A DNA stretch of 64,000 nt from assembly GCA_963668345.2 (NCBI GenBank), contig CAXWPI010000005.1, positions 95,561 to 159,560 on the forward strand, in the 5' to 3' direction. The notes under the pieces were generated by a model. That model was given only the letters and a program-made list of their open reading frames with translations. It was not told the origin of the DNA and made no database searches. The position numbers and the translations under genes are program-made. The first letter of the stretch is position 1. Each line of letters opens with the position of its first letter. Source of the stretch: Bryobacterales bacterium (GTDB lineage: Bacteria > Acidobacteriota > Terriglobia > Bryobacterales > UBA6623). This document shows positions 38,421 to 50,761 of the stretch, in pieces.

Positions 38421-39809
38421 TCACGAAAAGGAGCGGCGTCCCCGGATTCTTCCCGCCCGTGGCGTAAACCCTTCGTAGTGACGCATGATAAGCTGCGCCT
38501 CAATCTGGTTGACCGTGTCCATGGCCACCCCGACGACGATCAACAGCGACGTGCCGCCGAAATAGAAGTTCACGTTGAGACCCTCCAAAAAGGTGCGCGG
38601 CGCAACCTGATCGAAGAAATCTCCGACCGGCCCCCACAGTTGGTGGAGTTGCACGCCGGCGATCATGAAGTCGGGGATCACCGAGATCAGAGCGAGATAA
38701 AGCCCCCCCACCATGGTGATCTTTGTCAGGATCTCGTTAATATGATCGGCGGTCGGCCGCCCGGAACGGATGCCGGGAACAAATCCGCCGTACTTTCTCA
38801 TGTTGTCGGCCACTTCCGTTGGGTTAAAAATGATCGACACGTAAAAAAAACAGAAAAAGACAATCCCACCCACATAGAGAAGCTCGTAGAGAGGCCTGCC
38901 ATAGGAAATCGGATCGAGCAGGCCCGTCAGAAATGGGCTATCTTGCAGGGCCAGCCGTATCGTCTGCGGAAAGGCAAGCATCGAGGAGGCGAAAATCACC
39001 GGTATCACGCCGCCCGAGTTCACTTTCAGGGGCAGGTGCGTCGACTGCCCTCCCATGACCCGTCGCCCGACGACTCGGCGGGCGTACTGCACGGGGATGC
39101 GCCTTTCGCCTCGCTCGACGAGTACGATAAAGGCCACCACCCCCACCATCAGCACCAGGATCAAAGCCAGCTGCAGCATGCTCCACTGCCCCGTGATGAA
39201 GACATTCTCGTAAAGGTTCCGTATCGCCCCGGGCAGGCCGACCACGATGCCGGCGAAGATAATCAGGGACATGCCGTTGCCGATTCCGCGCTCACTGATC
39301 TGCTCCCCAAGCCACATAATAAAAGCGGTCCCGGTCGTCAAGGTGATCACGGCCATGGCGATGAATCCCATGCCCGGCTCGCTAAGGCCGCCGCGCTGCA
39401 GTGTGAAGGCGATTCCTGTGGACTGAACGAGGCTGAGACCGATCGTCAAGTAGCGCGTCCACTGGGTGATCTTTCGCCTACCGAGCTCACCTTCTTTTTG
39501 CAGCTTCTCGAGAGTGGGGATGACGACGGTCAGCAGCTGCAGGATGATCGACGCCGTGATGTAGGGCATGATGCCCAGGGCGAAGATCGTCAACTGACTC
39601 ATCTGGCCGCCGGAGAACAAGTCCATCAAGCCCAGAGCCGTGCCCTCGGCCTGCTCGAAAAACTTTTGCAGCTCTTCGGTATTGACGCCCGGGGTAGGAA
39701 TATGCCCGCCGATGCGGTACACGGCGAGCATAGCTAGCGTGAAGAGGACGCGCCTGCGGAGATCAGGAACGCGGAAAACGTTTACGAAGGTTTCAACGAA
39801 CTTCATCAA
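38421..39809 (-). CDS. secY: Preprotein translocase subunit SecY
   Basis: 462 aa, multi-pass membrane protein with FALGIMPYITASIILQLL. Confidence 0.97.
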   Translation of the reverse strand: MMKFVETFVNVFRVPDLRRRVLFTLAMLAVYRIGGHIPTPGVNTEELQKFFEQAEGTALGLMDLFSGGQMSQLTIFALGIMPYITASIILQLLTVVIPTLEKLQKEGELGRRKITQWTRYLTIGLSLVQSTGIAFTLQRGGLSEPGMGFIAMAVITLTTGTAFIMWLGEQISERGIGNGMSLIIFAGIVVGLPGAIRNLYENVFITGQWSMLQLALILVLMVGVVAFIVLVERGERRIPVQYARRVVGRRVMGGQSTHLPLKVNSGGVIPVIFASSMLAFPQTIRLALQDSPFLTGLLDPISYGRPLYELLYVGGIVFFCFFYVSIIFNPTEVADNMRKYGGFVPGIRSGRPTADHINEILTKITMVGGLYLALISVIPDFMIAGVQLHQLWGPVGDFFDQVAPRTFLEGLNVNFYFGGTSLLIVVGVAMDTVNQIEAQLIMRHYEGFTPRAGRIRGRRSFS

Positions 39810-40249
39810 TCGGTCAAGACTTCTATCTTTCCACCGGCGGCCTCGATCTTTTCCCGGCCGGACTTCGAGAAGCGGTGGGCCGATACGGTCACCGGGCGAG
39901 TCAGGGTCCCCTGACCCAAGATCTTGAGGCCATGCTTGAGCTTCTTGACCACGCCCATCTGCTGGAGATTCTCGGGGCTGAAGGCGTCGCCTTCCAACTT
40001 GTCGAGACGGCTCACGTTGACCACGGCGAACTCTTTTCGAAAGAGGTTGTGGAAACCTCGTTTGGGGACGCGGCGGATCAGGGGCATCTGGCCGCCTTCG
40101 AAACCGCGTTTACGGCTGTGGCCGCTCCGCGACAGCTGGCCCTTTTCCCCACGCCCCGCCGTCTTTCCGGTCCCGGAACCGAAGCCGCGGCCAATGCGCT
40201 TCCGTTTGCGGTTTTGCCCCGCCGGGGGGCGCAGTTGGCTCAGGTTCAC
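39806..40249 (-). CDS. rplO: 50S ribosomal protein L15
   Basis: 147 aa, GTG start, RKRIGRGFGSGTGKTAGRG. Confidence 0.95.
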   Translation of the reverse strand: MNLSQLRPPAGQNRKRKRIGRGFGSGTGKTAGRGEKGQLSRSGHSRKRGFEGGQMPLIRRVPKRGFHNLFRKEFAVVNVSRLDKLEGDAFSPENLQQMGVVKKLKHGLKILGQGTLTRPVTVSAHRFSKSGREKIEAAGGKIEVLTD

Positions 40250-40425
40250 TTGGCAACCTCCACCAAATGGGGAATCTTGCGAATCATGCCGCGGATGGCA
40301 TCGTCGTCAGGCCGTTCCACGGTCTGGCCCATCTTGCGCAGCCCCAGCCCTCGCACCACTTTCTTGAGCTTCTTCGGGGACCCGATGGGGCTTCTGACCA
40401 GACGGATTTTGAGAGTGCCGGGCAT
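40246..40425 (-). CDS. rpmD: 50S ribosomal protein L30
   Basis: Not in the ORF track. Manual translation gives MPGTLKIRLVRSPIGSPKKLKKVVRGLGLRKMGQTVERPDDDAIRGMIRKIPHLVEVAK. The stop overlaps the rplO GTG (GTGA). Confidence 0.92.
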   Translation of the reverse strand: MPGTLKIRLVRSPIGSPKKLKKVVRGLGLRKMGQTVERPDDDAIRGMIRKIPHLVEVAK

Positions 40426-40435
40426 CGCTACTTCC

Positions 40436-40942
40436 CTAGGTGGCGCGCGCGTCGACGCGTCGCATGGCGGCTACTTCGTCCTTGTCCCGCAACTGGAGGA
40501 GCGCATCAAACGTCGCCCTGATCACGTTGTGGGGATTCTTCGACCCGATCGATTTCGTCAACACATTCTGAATGCCCGCGGCTTCGACCACGGCGCGAAC
40601 CGCTCCTCCGGCTATGGTTCCTTTTCCGGTGCGAGCCGGCTTGAGCAGCACCATGCCCGCGCCGAAAACACCCAGGACCTGATGAGGAATCGTGTGCTCG
40701 AGAGTGTTCACCTTGATCAGGTTTCTCTTGGCCCGCTCGATGGCCTTTCGGATCGCCGAGGGCACTTCCTTCGCCTTGCCCTTGGCGTAGCCCACAATGT
40801 GCTTCTCCGGATCGCCAACCACCACCAGCGCGGTGAAACTCATGTTCTTGCCGCCCTTGACAACCTTGGTCACACGGTTGATGTTGACAACCTGATCCTT
40901 CAAGTTCAAGTCCGCCGAATCAATTCTTTTCTTGTTTGTCAT
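40436..40942 (-). CDS. rpsE: 30S ribosomal protein S5
   Basis: ATG at 40942 is preferred ([32 protein letters not shown], 168 aa). The track ORF is over-extended to 41083. Confidence 0.95.
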   Translation of the reverse strand: MTNKKRIDSADLNLKDQVVNINRVTKVVKGGKNMSFTALVVVGDPEKHIVGYAKGKAKEVPSAIRKAIERAKRNLIKVNTLEHTIPHQVLGVFGAGMVLLKPARTGKGTIAGGAVRAVVEAAGIQNVLTKSIGSKNPHNVIRATFDALLQLRDKDEVAAMRRVDARAT

Positions 40943-40949
40943 CGAGCCG

Positions 40950-41330
40950 CTAAAACTCCAATCCTCCCTCGCGGGCCGCCTCGGCGAGGGCCTTGACTCT
41001 GCCGTGGAACAGATGGCCGCCCCGGTCGAGCACGACGGCCTTGATTCCCGCCTTCTCGGCGCGCTGGGCGACCAACTTTCCAACCTCTTTCGCCGCCGCC
41101 ATGTTTCCGCCGTAAGAGGCTTCGCATTGCTTGTCGCGCGTGCCGGCCGAAATCAGGGTTCGCCCCATGCTGTCGTCGACGATCTGCGCATAGATGTGTT
41201 TGAGCGAGCGAAAAACGGCCAGCCGGGGACGCTCGGACGTCCCCCGGACTTTCTTGCGGACTCGCTCGTGAATCCACCGCCGACGCCGTCCCCTGGGCAC
41301 CTGATGATACATGTTTCGGCGACTCTCCAA
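40950..41330 (-). CDS. rplR: 50S ribosomal protein L18
   Basis: [20 protein letters not shown]. An alternative start at 41312 is possible. Confidence 0.93.
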   Translation of the reverse strand: MESRRNMYHQVPRGRRRRWIHERVRKKVRGTSERPRLAVFRSLKHIYAQIVDDSMGRTLISAGTRDKQCEASYGGNMAAAKEVGKLVAQRAEKAGIKAVVLDRGGHLFHGRVKALAEAAREGGLEF

Positions 41331-41331
41331 T

Positions 41332-41865
41332 CTACTTCACGCCGGCCTTGCCTTCCTTCTTGCGCAAAAACTCGCCGACGTAGCGGACACCCTTGTTCTT
41401 GTAGGGATCGGGCGGCCGCAGCGCGCGGATGTTGGCCGCCGTTTGTCCGACCAATTGCTTGTCAATACCGGAAACGGTAATCCTGGTCTGCTTTTCGACT
41501 TTAATGTCGATACCCTCGGGCATGAGCAACTCGATCGGGTGGGAGTAGCCCAACAAGAAAACCACTACCCGTCCCACAACTTGCGCCCGGTAGCCGATGC
41601 CCACGATTTCCAGTTCGCGCGTGAATCCTTGCGTGACGCCGACCACGGCATTGTAGGCCAAACTGCGGATCAAGCCGTGGAAGGCGGCGTCTTGTTTGCG
41701 GCTGCGCCGCGCGACCAGCGTCGAGTCCTCGAGCTCCAGCTCAATCCCCGGGGGAATAGCACATTGCAGCTCACCCTTCGGGCCCCGTACTTCGAGTACG
41801 TCACCCTTGATGCTGACCTTTGCCTCGGCGGGCAAGGGGATGGGTTTGACACCGACTCTCGACAT
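41332..41865 (-). CDS. rplF: 50S ribosomal protein L6
   Basis: [33 protein letters not shown], 177 aa. Confidence 0.97.
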   Translation of the reverse strand: MSRVGVKPIPLPAEAKVSIKGDVLEVRGPKGELQCAIPPGIELELEDSTLVARRSRKQDAAFHGLIRSLAYNAVVGVTQGFTRELEIVGIGYRAQVVGRVVVFLLGYSHPIELLMPEGIDIKVEKQTRITVSGIDKQLVGQTAANIRALRPPDPYKNKGVRYVGEFLRKKEGKAGVK

Positions 41866-41870
41866 CGCTT

Positions 41871-42263
41871 CTACCAGATACCGCAGAGAATCTCACCGCC
41901 GACGTTTTGCTCGCGGGCCTTGTCGCCCGTCATCAGCCCTTTCGAGGTGGTGAGGATATTGATCCCCATGCCGCCAATGACCCTCGGTATCGCCTTCGAG
42001 CTGGTGTACACGCGCCTCCCAGGTTTCGAGACCCTTTCCAGGTGGCTGATCACGGGAGTGTGGTCGGGACTGTAGCGAAGATACACTTTGATCACCTTCT
42101 TGTTGTCGTCCGTAGCCACGCGGTAGTTGGTGATATAGCCTTCTTCCTTCAAGATACGGGCCATCTCGATCTTCGTTTTGGAGGCCGGCATTTCCACTTT
42201 GGAATGCCGCGCCCCAAGGGCGTTGCGCACTCGCGTGAGCATGTCCGCAATCGGGTCCGTCAT
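41871..42263 (-). CDS. rpsH: 30S ribosomal protein S8
   Basis: [15 protein letters not shown]..., 130 aa. Confidence 0.97.
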   Translation of the reverse strand: MTDPIADMLTRVRNALGARHSKVEMPASKTKIEMARILKEEGYITNYRVATDDNKKVIKVYLRYSPDHTPVISHLERVSKPGRRVYTSSKAIPRVIGGMGINILTTSKGLMTGDKAREQNVGGEILCGIW

Positions 42264-42295
42264 CCGGTTTCTCCTTGACTCCGCTGCAAGCGGTT

Positions 42296-42481
42296 CTACC
42301 AGCTACTCTTGACCACGCCGGGCAGCTCGCCTTCCAGGGCCAGCTGGCGGAAGCAGATGCGGCAGAGTTCGAACTTTCGCAGGTATCCGCGGGGGCGGCC
42401 GCAGCGCTTGCACCGATTGCGGTGACGAGTGCTGAATTTCAGTTTCTTCGACTCTCGGGCAATCTTCGCTGTCGTGGCCAT
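42296..42481 (-). CDS. rpsN: 30S ribosomal protein S14 (short Zn-binding type Z)
   Basis: 61 aa, [22 protein letters not shown]. Confidence 0.96.
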   Translation of the reverse strand: MATTAKIARESKKLKFSTRHRNRCKRCGRPRGYLRKFELCRICFRQLALEGELPGVVKSSW

Positions 42482-42499
42482 AGGTTTCTTACGTTCAGT

Positions 42500-43099
42500 C
42501 TAGTCTCGGAAGGGCATTCCCATGGACCGCAGCAGGGACAGTGCCTCAGGATCGCTGGCGGCCGTGGTCACGATCGTCACGTTCATGCCCTTCATCTTGT
42601 CGACCTTGGCGTAGTCGATTTCGGGAAACACCAAGTGTTCCCGCAGGCCCAGTGTATAGTTGCCGCGGCCGTCGAACGACTTAGTAGATATCCCGCGGAA
42701 ATCACGCACGCGCGGCAGGGCGATGCTGATCAGCCGATCGAGAAACTCATACATTCGGTCGCCCCGCAGCGTGACGGCACAGCCGATCGCCATCCCCTGC
42801 CTCAATTTGAAGGCCGCTATGGACTTTCGGGCACGGGTGACGACGGGTCTCTGACCGCTAATACGCGCCAGCTCCGTCACCGCGGCATCCATCAGCCGAG
42901 AATTCTGAATCGCTTCCCCGAGGCCGATGTTGAGGCGGATCATGGCCAGTTTCGGTACCGCCATGGAGCTCGAGTAGGAAAACTCCTTGGTCAGCGCGGG
43001 CCGAACCTGCTGGGCGTATTTTTGTTTCAGCCTCGGCGTCACCGCCGCGGTCTTCGCCGCAGCCTCGGGTTCCGCCGCCTTTTTCTTACGCTTCGCCAT
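42500..43099 (-). CDS. rplE: 50S ribosomal protein L5
   Basis: ATG at 43099 is preferred and overlaps the rplX stop by 1 nt. A Lys/Ala-rich N-terminal extension of about 20 aa precedes [15 protein letters not shown]. Confidence 0.94.
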   Translation of the reverse strand: MAKRKKKAAEPEAAAKTAAVTPRLKQKYAQQVRPALTKEFSYSSSMAVPKLAMIRLNIGLGEAIQNSRLMDAAVTELARISGQRPVVTRARKSIAAFKLRQGMAIGCAVTLRGDRMYEFLDRLISIALPRVRDFRGISTKSFDGRGNYTLGLREHLVFPEIDYAKVDKMKGMNVTIVTTAASDPEALSLLRSMGMPFRD

Positions 43100-43431
43100 C
43101 ACTTCTTTTCCAAGGGAGTGCCGCACTTGCGGCACACTCTGTTTGTACGGCCATCGTCTTCCACCTGCTTGGCGACTCTCACCGGCCCACAACTGGGACA
43201 GACCAGCATGACGTTCGAGATATGGATCGGACCTTCTCGCTCGGCGATGCCGCCTTTGATCTGGCGCTGGGGGTTCGGCCGCACGTGCTTTTTTATCATT
43301 TGGGCATGTTCGACAAGCAAGCGCCCGTGCTTGACGTCCACCTCCAGCACGCGCCCCTGCTTGCCCTTGTCGCGCCCGGCGATGACCTGCACGGTGTCGT
43401 TCTTGCGAATATTGGTACGCGTTGACGGCAA
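43099..43431 (-). CDS. rplX: 50S ribosomal protein L24
   Basis: 110 aa with a KOW motif ([13 protein letters not shown]) and a Cys4 segment (CPSC...CRKC). Confidence 0.95.
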   Translation of the reverse strand: MPSTRTNIRKNDTVQVIAGRDKGKQGRVLEVDVKHGRLLVEHAQMIKKHVRPNPQRQIKGGIAEREGPIHISNVMLVCPSCGPVRVAKQVEDDGRTNRVCRKCGTPLEKK

Positions 43432-43444
43432 AACTCTCTCCCCC

Positions 43445-43813
43445 TTACAAGACCTCCGGGGCCAAGGAGACGATCTTCATAAATTTCTTTTCCCGCAGTT
43501 CCCGCGCCACCGGTCCGAACACGCGAGTGCCGACCGGCTCGTGGACTTCGTTGATCAGCACGGCGGCATTCGAGTCGAAGCGAATATAGGTCCCGTCTCG
43601 CCGTCTGGTTTCCTTCCGCATGCGAACGATGACCGCGCGGACGACCGCTCCCTTTTTCACGTTCGAGTCCGGAGCGGCCTCTTGCACCGACGCTGTCACG
43701 ACATCCCCCAAACCCGCCTTCCGGCCGGTGCTGCCGCCGAGCGGAAGGATGCAGCGAATCCGCTTCGCCCCGGAATTGTCGGCCACGTCGAGCCGCGAGC
43801 GCATGCCGATCAT
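43445..43813 (-). CDS. rplN: 50S ribosomal protein L14
   Basis: ATG at 43813 is preferred ([22 protein letters not shown], 122 aa) with an ATGA overlap with the rpsQ stop. Confidence 0.96.
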   Translation of the reverse strand: MIGMRSRLDVADNSGAKRIRCILPLGGSTGRKAGLGDVVTASVQEAAPDSNVKKGAVVRAVIVRMRKETRRRDGTYIRFDSNAAVLINEVHEPVGTRVFGPVARELREKKFMKIVSLAPEVL

Positions 43814-44154
43814 TTGCTCTTTTGCTCCCCCCGCCCGGCGCCGGCACGCGTTTTCGGGGACTCTTCGTCCGCCGCGGCCGCTTGCCGGATCACCGTCGCC
43901 AAACGCCAGCGCTTTGATTTGCTGAGCGGGCGGCACTCGACGATCCGCACTTCATCGCCCAGCCGCGCGACTTCCTTTTCATCGTGAGCGTAGAACTTTT
44001 TCCGGCGCGTCACAATCCTGCGATAGAGTCGATGTGTCATCCGTCGCCGCACTTCGACGACAATGGTTTTGTTCATTTTGGTGGAGACGACGGTCCCCAC
44101 TTTCTGGGCCCGCTGGCCGGTTTGAAGCTCCCTCTGCCCGCTGTCCGCCATCAA
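43810..44154 (-). CDS. rpsQ: 30S ribosomal protein S17
   Basis: [29 protein letters not shown] with a C-terminal extension of about 25 aa. Confidence 0.94.
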   Translation of the reverse strand: MMADSGQRELQTGQRAQKVGTVVSTKMNKTIVVEVRRRMTHRLYRRIVTRRKKFYAHDEKEVARLGDEVRIVECRPLSKSKRWRLATVIRQAAAADEESPKTRAGAGRGEQKSK

Positions 44155-44360
44155 CCTTCTCGCTCTTGCTCGGAGGGCTTGCGCTCTTCCCGAACCGTTA
44201 GGATTCGAGCCAGATCTTTCTTGAGTGCCCGATACTTCTTCACTCCGTCCGTCTGGCCCATGGAAATCTGAAAACGGAGGCGAAACAACTGTTCTCGTGT
44301 CTCTCGTTCCTTGGCCGCCAACTCGGCGGGGTCGAGATCGCGAACCTGTTCCGCTTTCAT
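44151..44360 (-). CDS. rpmC: 50S ribosomal protein L29
   Basis: ATG at 44360 is preferred ([31 protein letters not shown], 69 aa) with an ATGA overlap with the rplP stop. Confidence 0.94.
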   Translation of the reverse strand: MKAEQVRDLDPAELAAKERETREQLFRLRFQISMGQTDGVKKYRALKKDLARILTVREERKPSEQEREG

Positions 44361-44779
44361 CCCAATCCTCCCGGCGTCCGGCGTACGAAACGGGCCGTCA
44401 CCGGCAGTTTCTGAGCGGCCAGATGCATAGCCCGCTTGGCCAGATCCTCGGCAACGCCTTCTACCTCGAACATCATCCGGCCCGGGCGGACGACCGCCAC
44501 CCACTGCTCCGGCGCGCCCTTACCTTTTCCCATCCGTGTTTCCGCCGGTTTCTTGGTGATCGGCTTGTCGGGAAAGATTCGGATCCAAAGCTTTCCACCG
44601 CGCTTGATGTGGCGCGTAATGGCCACCCGGGCGGCCTCGATTTGCCGATCCGTCACCCATGCCGTCGACATCGCTTTCAGGCCGAAATCACCGAAGGCGA
44701 GCGACGATCCGCGCCAGGCTTTGCCCTTGCGTCTACCCCTTTGCTGCTTGCGATATTTGACCTTTTTCGGCATCAACAT
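44357..44779 (-). CDS. rplP: 50S ribosomal protein L16
   Basis: [19 protein letters not shown]..., 140 aa. Confidence 0.97.
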   Translation of the reverse strand: MLMPKKVKYRKQQRGRRKGKAWRGSSLAFGDFGLKAMSTAWVTDRQIEAARVAITRHIKRGGKLWIRIFPDKPITKKPAETRMGKGKGAPEQWVAVVRPGRMMFEVEGVAEDLAKRAMHLAAQKLPVTARFVRRTPGGLG

Positions 44780-44813
44780 GGGCTACGGTCCTTGGCGCTA
44801 TTCGACTGTGATG

Positions 44814-45986
44814 CTATCCTTTGTCCCCTGTAGGCTCTTCCTCGGCAGGGGGTTGTGCCGCCTTTTCCGGTTCGTCCGAGGACGCCTCGCCGCCCGCTGG
44901 CGCAGGCTCCTCTTCCGCGGGCACCCCAGCCGGTTGCTCTTCAGCGGCCGCTTGACTGGGTTTCTCACTAGGGGCTTCCGGAGATTGCTGCTCTTCCGTT
45001 GCCGCTAGCGGGGGTCCCTCTCCGGCGCCTGGCTGGGCGGTTTCCTCGCCGGCAGGTGCCTGGCCGGCTTCTTCCACAGCGGCCGCGGGGACGGATTCCT
45101 CAACAGAGGACGCCGGCGAAGGCTCTTTGGAGGCGGCTGCCCGCGCAGACTCCGCGAAGACCGGCGGCTGCACCGGCGTGGGGCCGGAGGTTCCCGGGCG
45201 GGGGGCCGGCGCGGCAGGAGCGGATTGGGCAGTCCGAGTCCGGTCACCTGTCCGCGAGGCACGAACTTTTTCCCTCTCCCGCTCGGCCGCGGACCGCGCC
45301 TCCCGACGACGAGCCGGCTCGAGTTCCTCCTGGCCGGCCGCCCCTTTCAGCAGGGCCTTCTGGTCCAGAAGATCACCCTTATAGATCCAGCACTTGACGC
45401 CGATCACACCGTACGTCGTATGGGCTTCGGAAAACCCGTAGTCGATGTCCGCCCGCAAGGTTTGCAAGGGCAACCGTCCCTGCAGATACCACTCGCTGCG
45501 GGCGATCTCTCTGCCGTTCAGTCGTCCCGCCACCCAGACCTTGATCCCTTTAGATCCAAAGCGCAGGGCCGAGTCCACCGCTTTACGCATAGCTCGCCGA
45601 AAGGCCACCCGCTTGACGATCTGCAGGGCGACGGATTCGGAGACTAACTGGGCATCTAGCTCGGGCCGATGCACCTCTTGGATGTCGATGTAGATCTCCC
45701 GCTGTGTGCTCTCTTGCAGCTCTTGCTTCAACTTTTCGATCTCGGAACCCCGGCGGCCGATGATGATGCCGGGCCGGGCCGTGCGGATCGTGATGCGCAG
45801 CCGATTACCGGGACGATCGACCTCGACCGAGCTGATGCCCGCCGCCTTCAGCCGCTTGCGCAGTGATGCCTTCAGCTTCAAGTCCTCATGAAGCAGCGCG
45901 GCGTACCCTTGCTTGGCGAACCAGCGGGAGCGCCAAGGCTTGGTGTACCCCAGACGAAATCCGTACGGATGTACTTTCTGTCCCAT
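44814..45986 (-). CDS. rpsC: 30S ribosomal protein S3 with a C-terminal low-complexity tail of about 170 aa
   Basis: [24 protein letters not shown]... gives a canonical S3 of about 220 aa. It is followed by an Ala/Pro/Glu-rich tail in the same frame, 390 aa in total. Confidence 0.93.
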   Translation of the reverse strand: MGQKVHPYGFRLGYTKPWRSRWFAKQGYAALLHEDLKLKASLRKRLKAAGISSVEVDRPGNRLRITIRTARPGIIIGRRGSEIEKLKQELQESTQREIYIDIQEVHRPELDAQLVSESVALQIVKRVAFRRAMRKAVDSALRFGSKGIKVWVAGRLNGREIARSEWYLQGRLPLQTLRADIDYGFSEAHTTYGVIGVKCWIYKGDLLDQKALLKGAAGQEELEPARRREARSAAEREREKVRASRTGDRTRTAQSAPAAPAPRPGTSGPTPVQPPVFAESARAAASKEPSPASSVEESVPAAAVEEAGQAPAGEETAQPGAGEGPPLAATEEQQSPEAPSEKPSQAAAEEQPAGVPAEEEPAPAGGEASSDEPEKAAQPPAEEEPTGDKG

Positions 45987-46001
45987 GGTTGTCGGCCGTT
46001 T

Positions 46002-46349
46002 CTACTCGGAGTTTTCCTTCCCGTCGGAAACCGTGATGACAATGTGGCAGAGCCGATGCCGATAATGGGCAGCCCGCCCCATGGCAGCCGCCCGAAGCCT
46101 GGTTAATCGCGGCCCTTCGTTGACTAGGGCTTCTCGTACAACCAGCTTATCCACGTCGACGTCGTCGGTGTTTTCCGCGTTGGCGATCGCTGACCGGAGG
46201 ACCTTTTCCACTTTGGCCGCCACGCGCTTTTCGCTCGTCCGCAGAATGGTCAAAGCGTCCTCCGCCGCCCGGCCGCGGATCAAATCCACGACCAGCCGCG
46301 CCTTCTGGGGCGAGACCCTAGCGTAATGCAGTTTAGCGGTCGCCTGCAT
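46002..46349 (-). CDS. rplV: 50S ribosomal protein L22
   Basis: 115 aa, ARVSPQKARLVVDLIRG. Confidence 0.96.
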   Translation of the reverse strand: MQATAKLHYARVSPQKARLVVDLIRGRAAEDALTILRTSEKRVAAKVEKVLRSAIANAENTDDVDVDKLVVREALVNEGPRLTRLRAAAMGRAAHYRHRLCHIVITVSDGKENSE

Positions 46350-46358
46350 GTCCTCGAA

Positions 46359-46649
46359 TCACCTCTGCGCCGCTCGCCCGGACTTGGCGCCCCGATCCGC
46401 GTGACCCCGATACATCCGGGTGGGCGCGAACTCGCCGAGTTTGTGCCCCACCATGTTTTCCGTAATGAAGACGGGGATGAATTTGCGCCCGTTGTGCACC
46501 GCAATCGTGTAACTCACCCACTCGGGCAAAATCGTCGAGCGCCGCGACCAAGTCTTGACCACCTTTTTCTCTTTGCGCGCATCCATGGCGGTAAGCTTTT
46601 TGGCCAAGTGTTCGTCGTAGAACGGCCCTTTTTTCAACGAGCGACCCAT
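46359..46649 (-). CDS. rpsS: 30S ribosomal protein S19
   Basis: [15 protein letters not shown]..., 96 aa. Confidence 0.97.
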   Translation of the reverse strand: MGRSLKKGPFYDEHLAKKLTAMDARKEKKVVKTWSRRSTILPEWVSYTIAVHNGRKFIPVFITENMVGHKLGEFAPTRMYRGHADRGAKSGRAAQR

Positions 46650-46671
46650 TGATCTCCTCGCAATCCCCCTA

Positions 46672-47505
46672 CTATCCGCTCTTCCGTCCTCGGCGGGCGA
46701 CGATATAGCGGTCCGTCCGAGGATTGTTGCGGGTTTTGAAACCTCGGGTCGGCTGGCCCCAAGGAGTAACCGGGTGGCGCCCGCCGGAGGATTTCCCCTC
46801 GCCTCCGCCGTGCGGGTGGTCCACCGGATTCATGCTCACGCCCCGGTTGTGAGGGCGTCTGCCCAGGTGGCGGCTGCGCCCCGCCTTACCCAAGGAAACG
46901 TTGCCTTGGTCCACGTTGCCGACCTGCCCGATGGTCGCCATGCAAGCGATCAACACCCGGCGGGTTTCGCCTGAGGGAAGCTTCAGCAGCGCGTACTTGC
47001 CTTCTTTGGCGATCAGCCGGACTTCCACCCCGGCCGCTCGCGCCATCTGCCCCCCTTTGCCGGGCCGCAGCTCTACGTTATGCACGACGGTCCCCGGAGG
47101 GATGTGGCGTAGGGGCAGCGCATTGCCCACCAGGATGTCGGCGTCCGGCCCGGACATGATTTTCATGCCCACCTTCAAGCCCACCGGCTGGAGAATGTAT
47201 CGTTTTTCCCCGTCGGCGTAATGCAGCAGAGCGATGTTCGCTGAGCGGTTCGGATCGTATTCGATCGAGGCGACAACAGCCGGTACGCCATGCTTCTCGC
47301 GCTTGAAATCCACCAGGCGGTAACGCTGCTTGTGCCCGCCGCCTCGAAACCAAATGCAGATGCGGCCTTGGTTGTTGCGCCCGCCGGACCGTTTCTTGCC
47401 GGTCACGAGCGACTTCTCCGGCCGGTCGCGGGTTAACTCTTCCCGCGAGACGCTGGTCTGGAATCGTCTGGCACTCGAGGTCGGCCGGTAGGTCTTGATG
47501 GGCAT
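46672..47505 (-). CDS. rplB: 50S ribosomal protein L2
   Basis: ATG at 47505 is preferred ([16 protein letters not shown], 277 aa). The track ORF is over-extended to 47727. Confidence 0.96.
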   Translation of the reverse strand: MPIKTYRPTSSARRFQTSVSREELTRDRPEKSLVTGKKRSGGRNNQGRICIWFRGGGHKQRYRLVDFKREKHGVPAVVASIEYDPNRSANIALLHYADGEKRYILQPVGLKVGMKIMSGPDADILVGNALPLRHIPPGTVVHNVELRPGKGGQMARAAGVEVRLIAKEGKYALLKLPSGETRRVLIACMATIGQVGNVDQGNVSLGKAGRSRHLGRRPHNRGVSMNPVDHPHGGGEGKSSGGRHPVTPWGQPTRGFKTRNNPRTDRYIVARRGRKSG

Positions 47506-47516
47506 GACTGGCTCCG

Positions 47517-47804
47517 CTAGATCTGGGCGTACTCGACCATCTTTTCGCCCTCTTTCAGCTTGACGTAGGCTCTTTTCCAGTTGGCGCGATAACCCGCGGA
47601 ACGGCCGCGGCGGCGGAACTTTCCCAGGTAGTTCGCCGTCCGCACGTTCTCGACCTTCACGTTGAAAGCCTTCTGCACTGCGTTCTTGATGTCGGTCTTC
47701 GTCGCTCTCTGATGCACCCGGAAACACAGCGTCCGTTGCAGCGCTCGCAGCCCTTCGCTCTTTTCCGAAATCAGCGGCCCCCGGATCACCTCGTAGGGAC
47801 TCAC
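47517..47804 (-). CDS. rplW: 50S ribosomal protein L23
   Basis: GTG at 47804 overlaps the rplD stop (GTGA) and gives (M)[15 protein letters not shown]..., 95 aa. The track ORF to 48179 is over-extended. Confidence 0.9.
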   Translation of the reverse strand: MSPYEVIRGPLISEKSEGLRALQRTLCFRVHQRATKTDIKNAVQKAFNVKVENVRTANYLGKFRRRGRSAGYRANWKRAYVKLKEGEKMVEYAQI

Positions 47805-48424
47805 CGCAACACCTCGCAGCAACGCCTGGCCGCCGGTTCGGCCATCAGCACCACCTCGGATCCCAGTAAGTGATAGGGGTGCAACTCGCGGCTGTTCATG
47901 AGCCGGACACCGGGTATGTTGCGGCTTGACCGCCGCAGGTTTTCGTTGTCGCTGTTCTCCACCAGCAATACCGAGCCCGCGGCGTCCAAGCGATCCAGGA
48001 TCCGGTTGAAATCCTTCGTCTTGGCGCTTCCGAGGGCAAATTCTTTGACTACCCTTAACGCTCCGTCGCTCAGTTGAACCGTCAGGGCGGAGCGAAGCGC
48101 GCCCAGCAGCATCTTTTTCGGCAGGTGGTAGCTGTAGTCTCTCGGTCTGGGACCGTGGACTATGCCGCCGCCCCGCCACAGCGGCGATCGAATCGACCCC
48201 ACCCGCGCCCGACCCGTGCCCTTCTGACGCCAGGGCTTGCGGCCCGATCCTGAAACTTCGCTGCGAGTCCGTACCTTATGCGTTCCCGCCCGGCGGCCGG
48301 CCTGATAGTGGCGCACGGCATGGTAGAGCAGGTCTTCGTTCACCGCCACCCCGAAGACTTGATCCGCCAGGTCCACGCTGCCCACGACGTTGTTTTCGAG
48401 ATCAATGATGTCGACCGCGGGCAT
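47801..48424 (-). CDS. rplD: 50S ribosomal protein L4
   Basis: 207 aa, [29 protein letters not shown]. Confidence 0.97.
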   Translation of the reverse strand: MPAVDIIDLENNVVGSVDLADQVFGVAVNEDLLYHAVRHYQAGRRAGTHKVRTRSEVSGSGRKPWRQKGTGRARVGSIRSPLWRGGGIVHGPRPRDYSYHLPKKMLLGALRSALTVQLSDGALRVVKEFALGSAKTKDFNRILDRLDAAGSVLLVENSDNENLRRSSRNIPGVRLMNSRELHPYHLLGSEVVLMAEPAARRCCEVLR

Positions 48425-48426
48425 CG

Positions 48427-49062
48427 TTATATCCTTGTTCGGCGGACGACGACGTAGCCGCCGCTGGGGCCCGGGACAGCCCCTTTCACCAAGATCACAT
48501 TGTCGTCGACGTTGACTTCCACGATCTCGAGATTGCGCGCCGTGACGCGACTGTTCCCCATCCGGCCGGGCAGCCGGGTTCCCTTGAACACACGAGCGGG
48601 GTAGGAACTCTGCCCGATGGATCCCGGCACAGCATGCGACATCGAGCCGTGTGTGGCGGGACCGCCGCTGAAGCCGTGTCGCTTGACGACACCTTGAAAA
48701 CCGCGTCCCTTGCTACTGCCGATCACATCCACCTTTTCGGCCACCTGGAATTCTTCCGCCAAGACTCGGTCCCCGGGCTTGAGGTCACTCTCAGCACGGC
48801 TATCGACTCTCAATTCTCGGAGGAAGCGAGCCGGCTCGACGCCGGCTTTCTTGAAGTGTCCCGCCATCGGCCGCTTTACCCGATTGGGTTTTACGAACTC
48901 GACCAGGCCCAACTGCACGGCCTCATATCCGTCCTTGGCAAGCGTCTTGCGCTGCACAACGACACAGGGGCCCACCTTCAACGCCGTCACCGGCACCACC
49001 TGACCGTCAGGCTGGAAGACCTGCGTCATGCCGACTTTTCTTCCTAGGATTCCCGGCGCCAT
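48427..49062 (-). CDS. rplC: 50S ribosomal protein L3
   Basis: ATG at 49062 is preferred ([16 protein letters not shown], 211 aa). Confidence 0.96.
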   Translation of the reverse strand: MAPGILGRKVGMTQVFQPDGQVVPVTALKVGPCVVVQRKTLAKDGYEAVQLGLVEFVKPNRVKRPMAGHFKKAGVEPARFLRELRVDSRAESDLKPGDRVLAEEFQVAEKVDVIGSSKGRGFQGVVKRHGFSGGPATHGSMSHAVPGSIGQSSYPARVFKGTRLPGRMGNSRVTARNLEIVEVNVDDNVILVKGAVPGPSGGYVVVRRTRI

Positions 49063-49069
49063 CTGCTTG

Positions 49070-49423
49070 TTATGTGCTGTCGACGGTCTGCTTACTTCCC
49101 GCTTTACTGGCTCCGAACGCCTTGATCTCAACGTCAACACCGGCCGGCAGGTCGAGCCGCATCAGAGCGTCGACGGTATCTTGGGTCGGTTCCAAGATAT
49201 CGAGTAGACGCTTGTGCGTGCGAATCTCGAACTGCTCCCGCGAGCGTTTGTCGGCGTGCGGCGAGCGCAGCACGGTGTATTTGTTCTTGACCGTGGGCAG
49301 CGGAATCGGTCCGGCGACCGTCGCACCCGTTCGCTTGGCCGTGGCGACGATTTCACCCGTGGATTGGTCGAGCACCCGGTAATCGTAGGCCTGGAGCCGT
49401 ATCCGGATTCTTTCTTTTGCCAT
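49070..49423 (-). CDS. rpsJ: 30S ribosomal protein S10
   Basis: [21 protein letters not shown]... with a short C-terminal extension. Confidence 0.96.
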   Translation of the reverse strand: MAKERIRIRLQAYDYRVLDQSTGEIVATAKRTGATVAGPIPLPTVKNKYTVLRSPHADKRSREQFEIRTHKRLLDILEPTQDTVDALMRLDLPAGVDVEIKAFGASKAGSKQTVDST

Positions 49424-49429
49424 AGCTCT

Positions 49430-50617
<1,188 letters not shown>

Positions 50618-50761
50618 ACCCTTTCGTCCTCTCTGCGGCTAATCGAACAGCACCGGATGCGTCAAACGGCGCAATATGCGTCCGGCTGCGATCCTGGAAT
50701 GCCCTGCGCCGGTTCTCCGCTCGATTCCGGCTCCGCCGCGGCTGTCCGCCTGCGGAGTTTC

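Noticed and set aside
42275-43987. 570-aa plus-strand ORF, with similar ORFs at 38478..39737, 39875..40996, 50258..51379, 19843..21030 and 5106..5951
   Set aside because: These are shadow ORFs antisense to ribosomal protein, secY, tuf/fusA, nrdJ and dapA-like genes. They lack family signatures and are incompatible with the conserved genes on the other strand.
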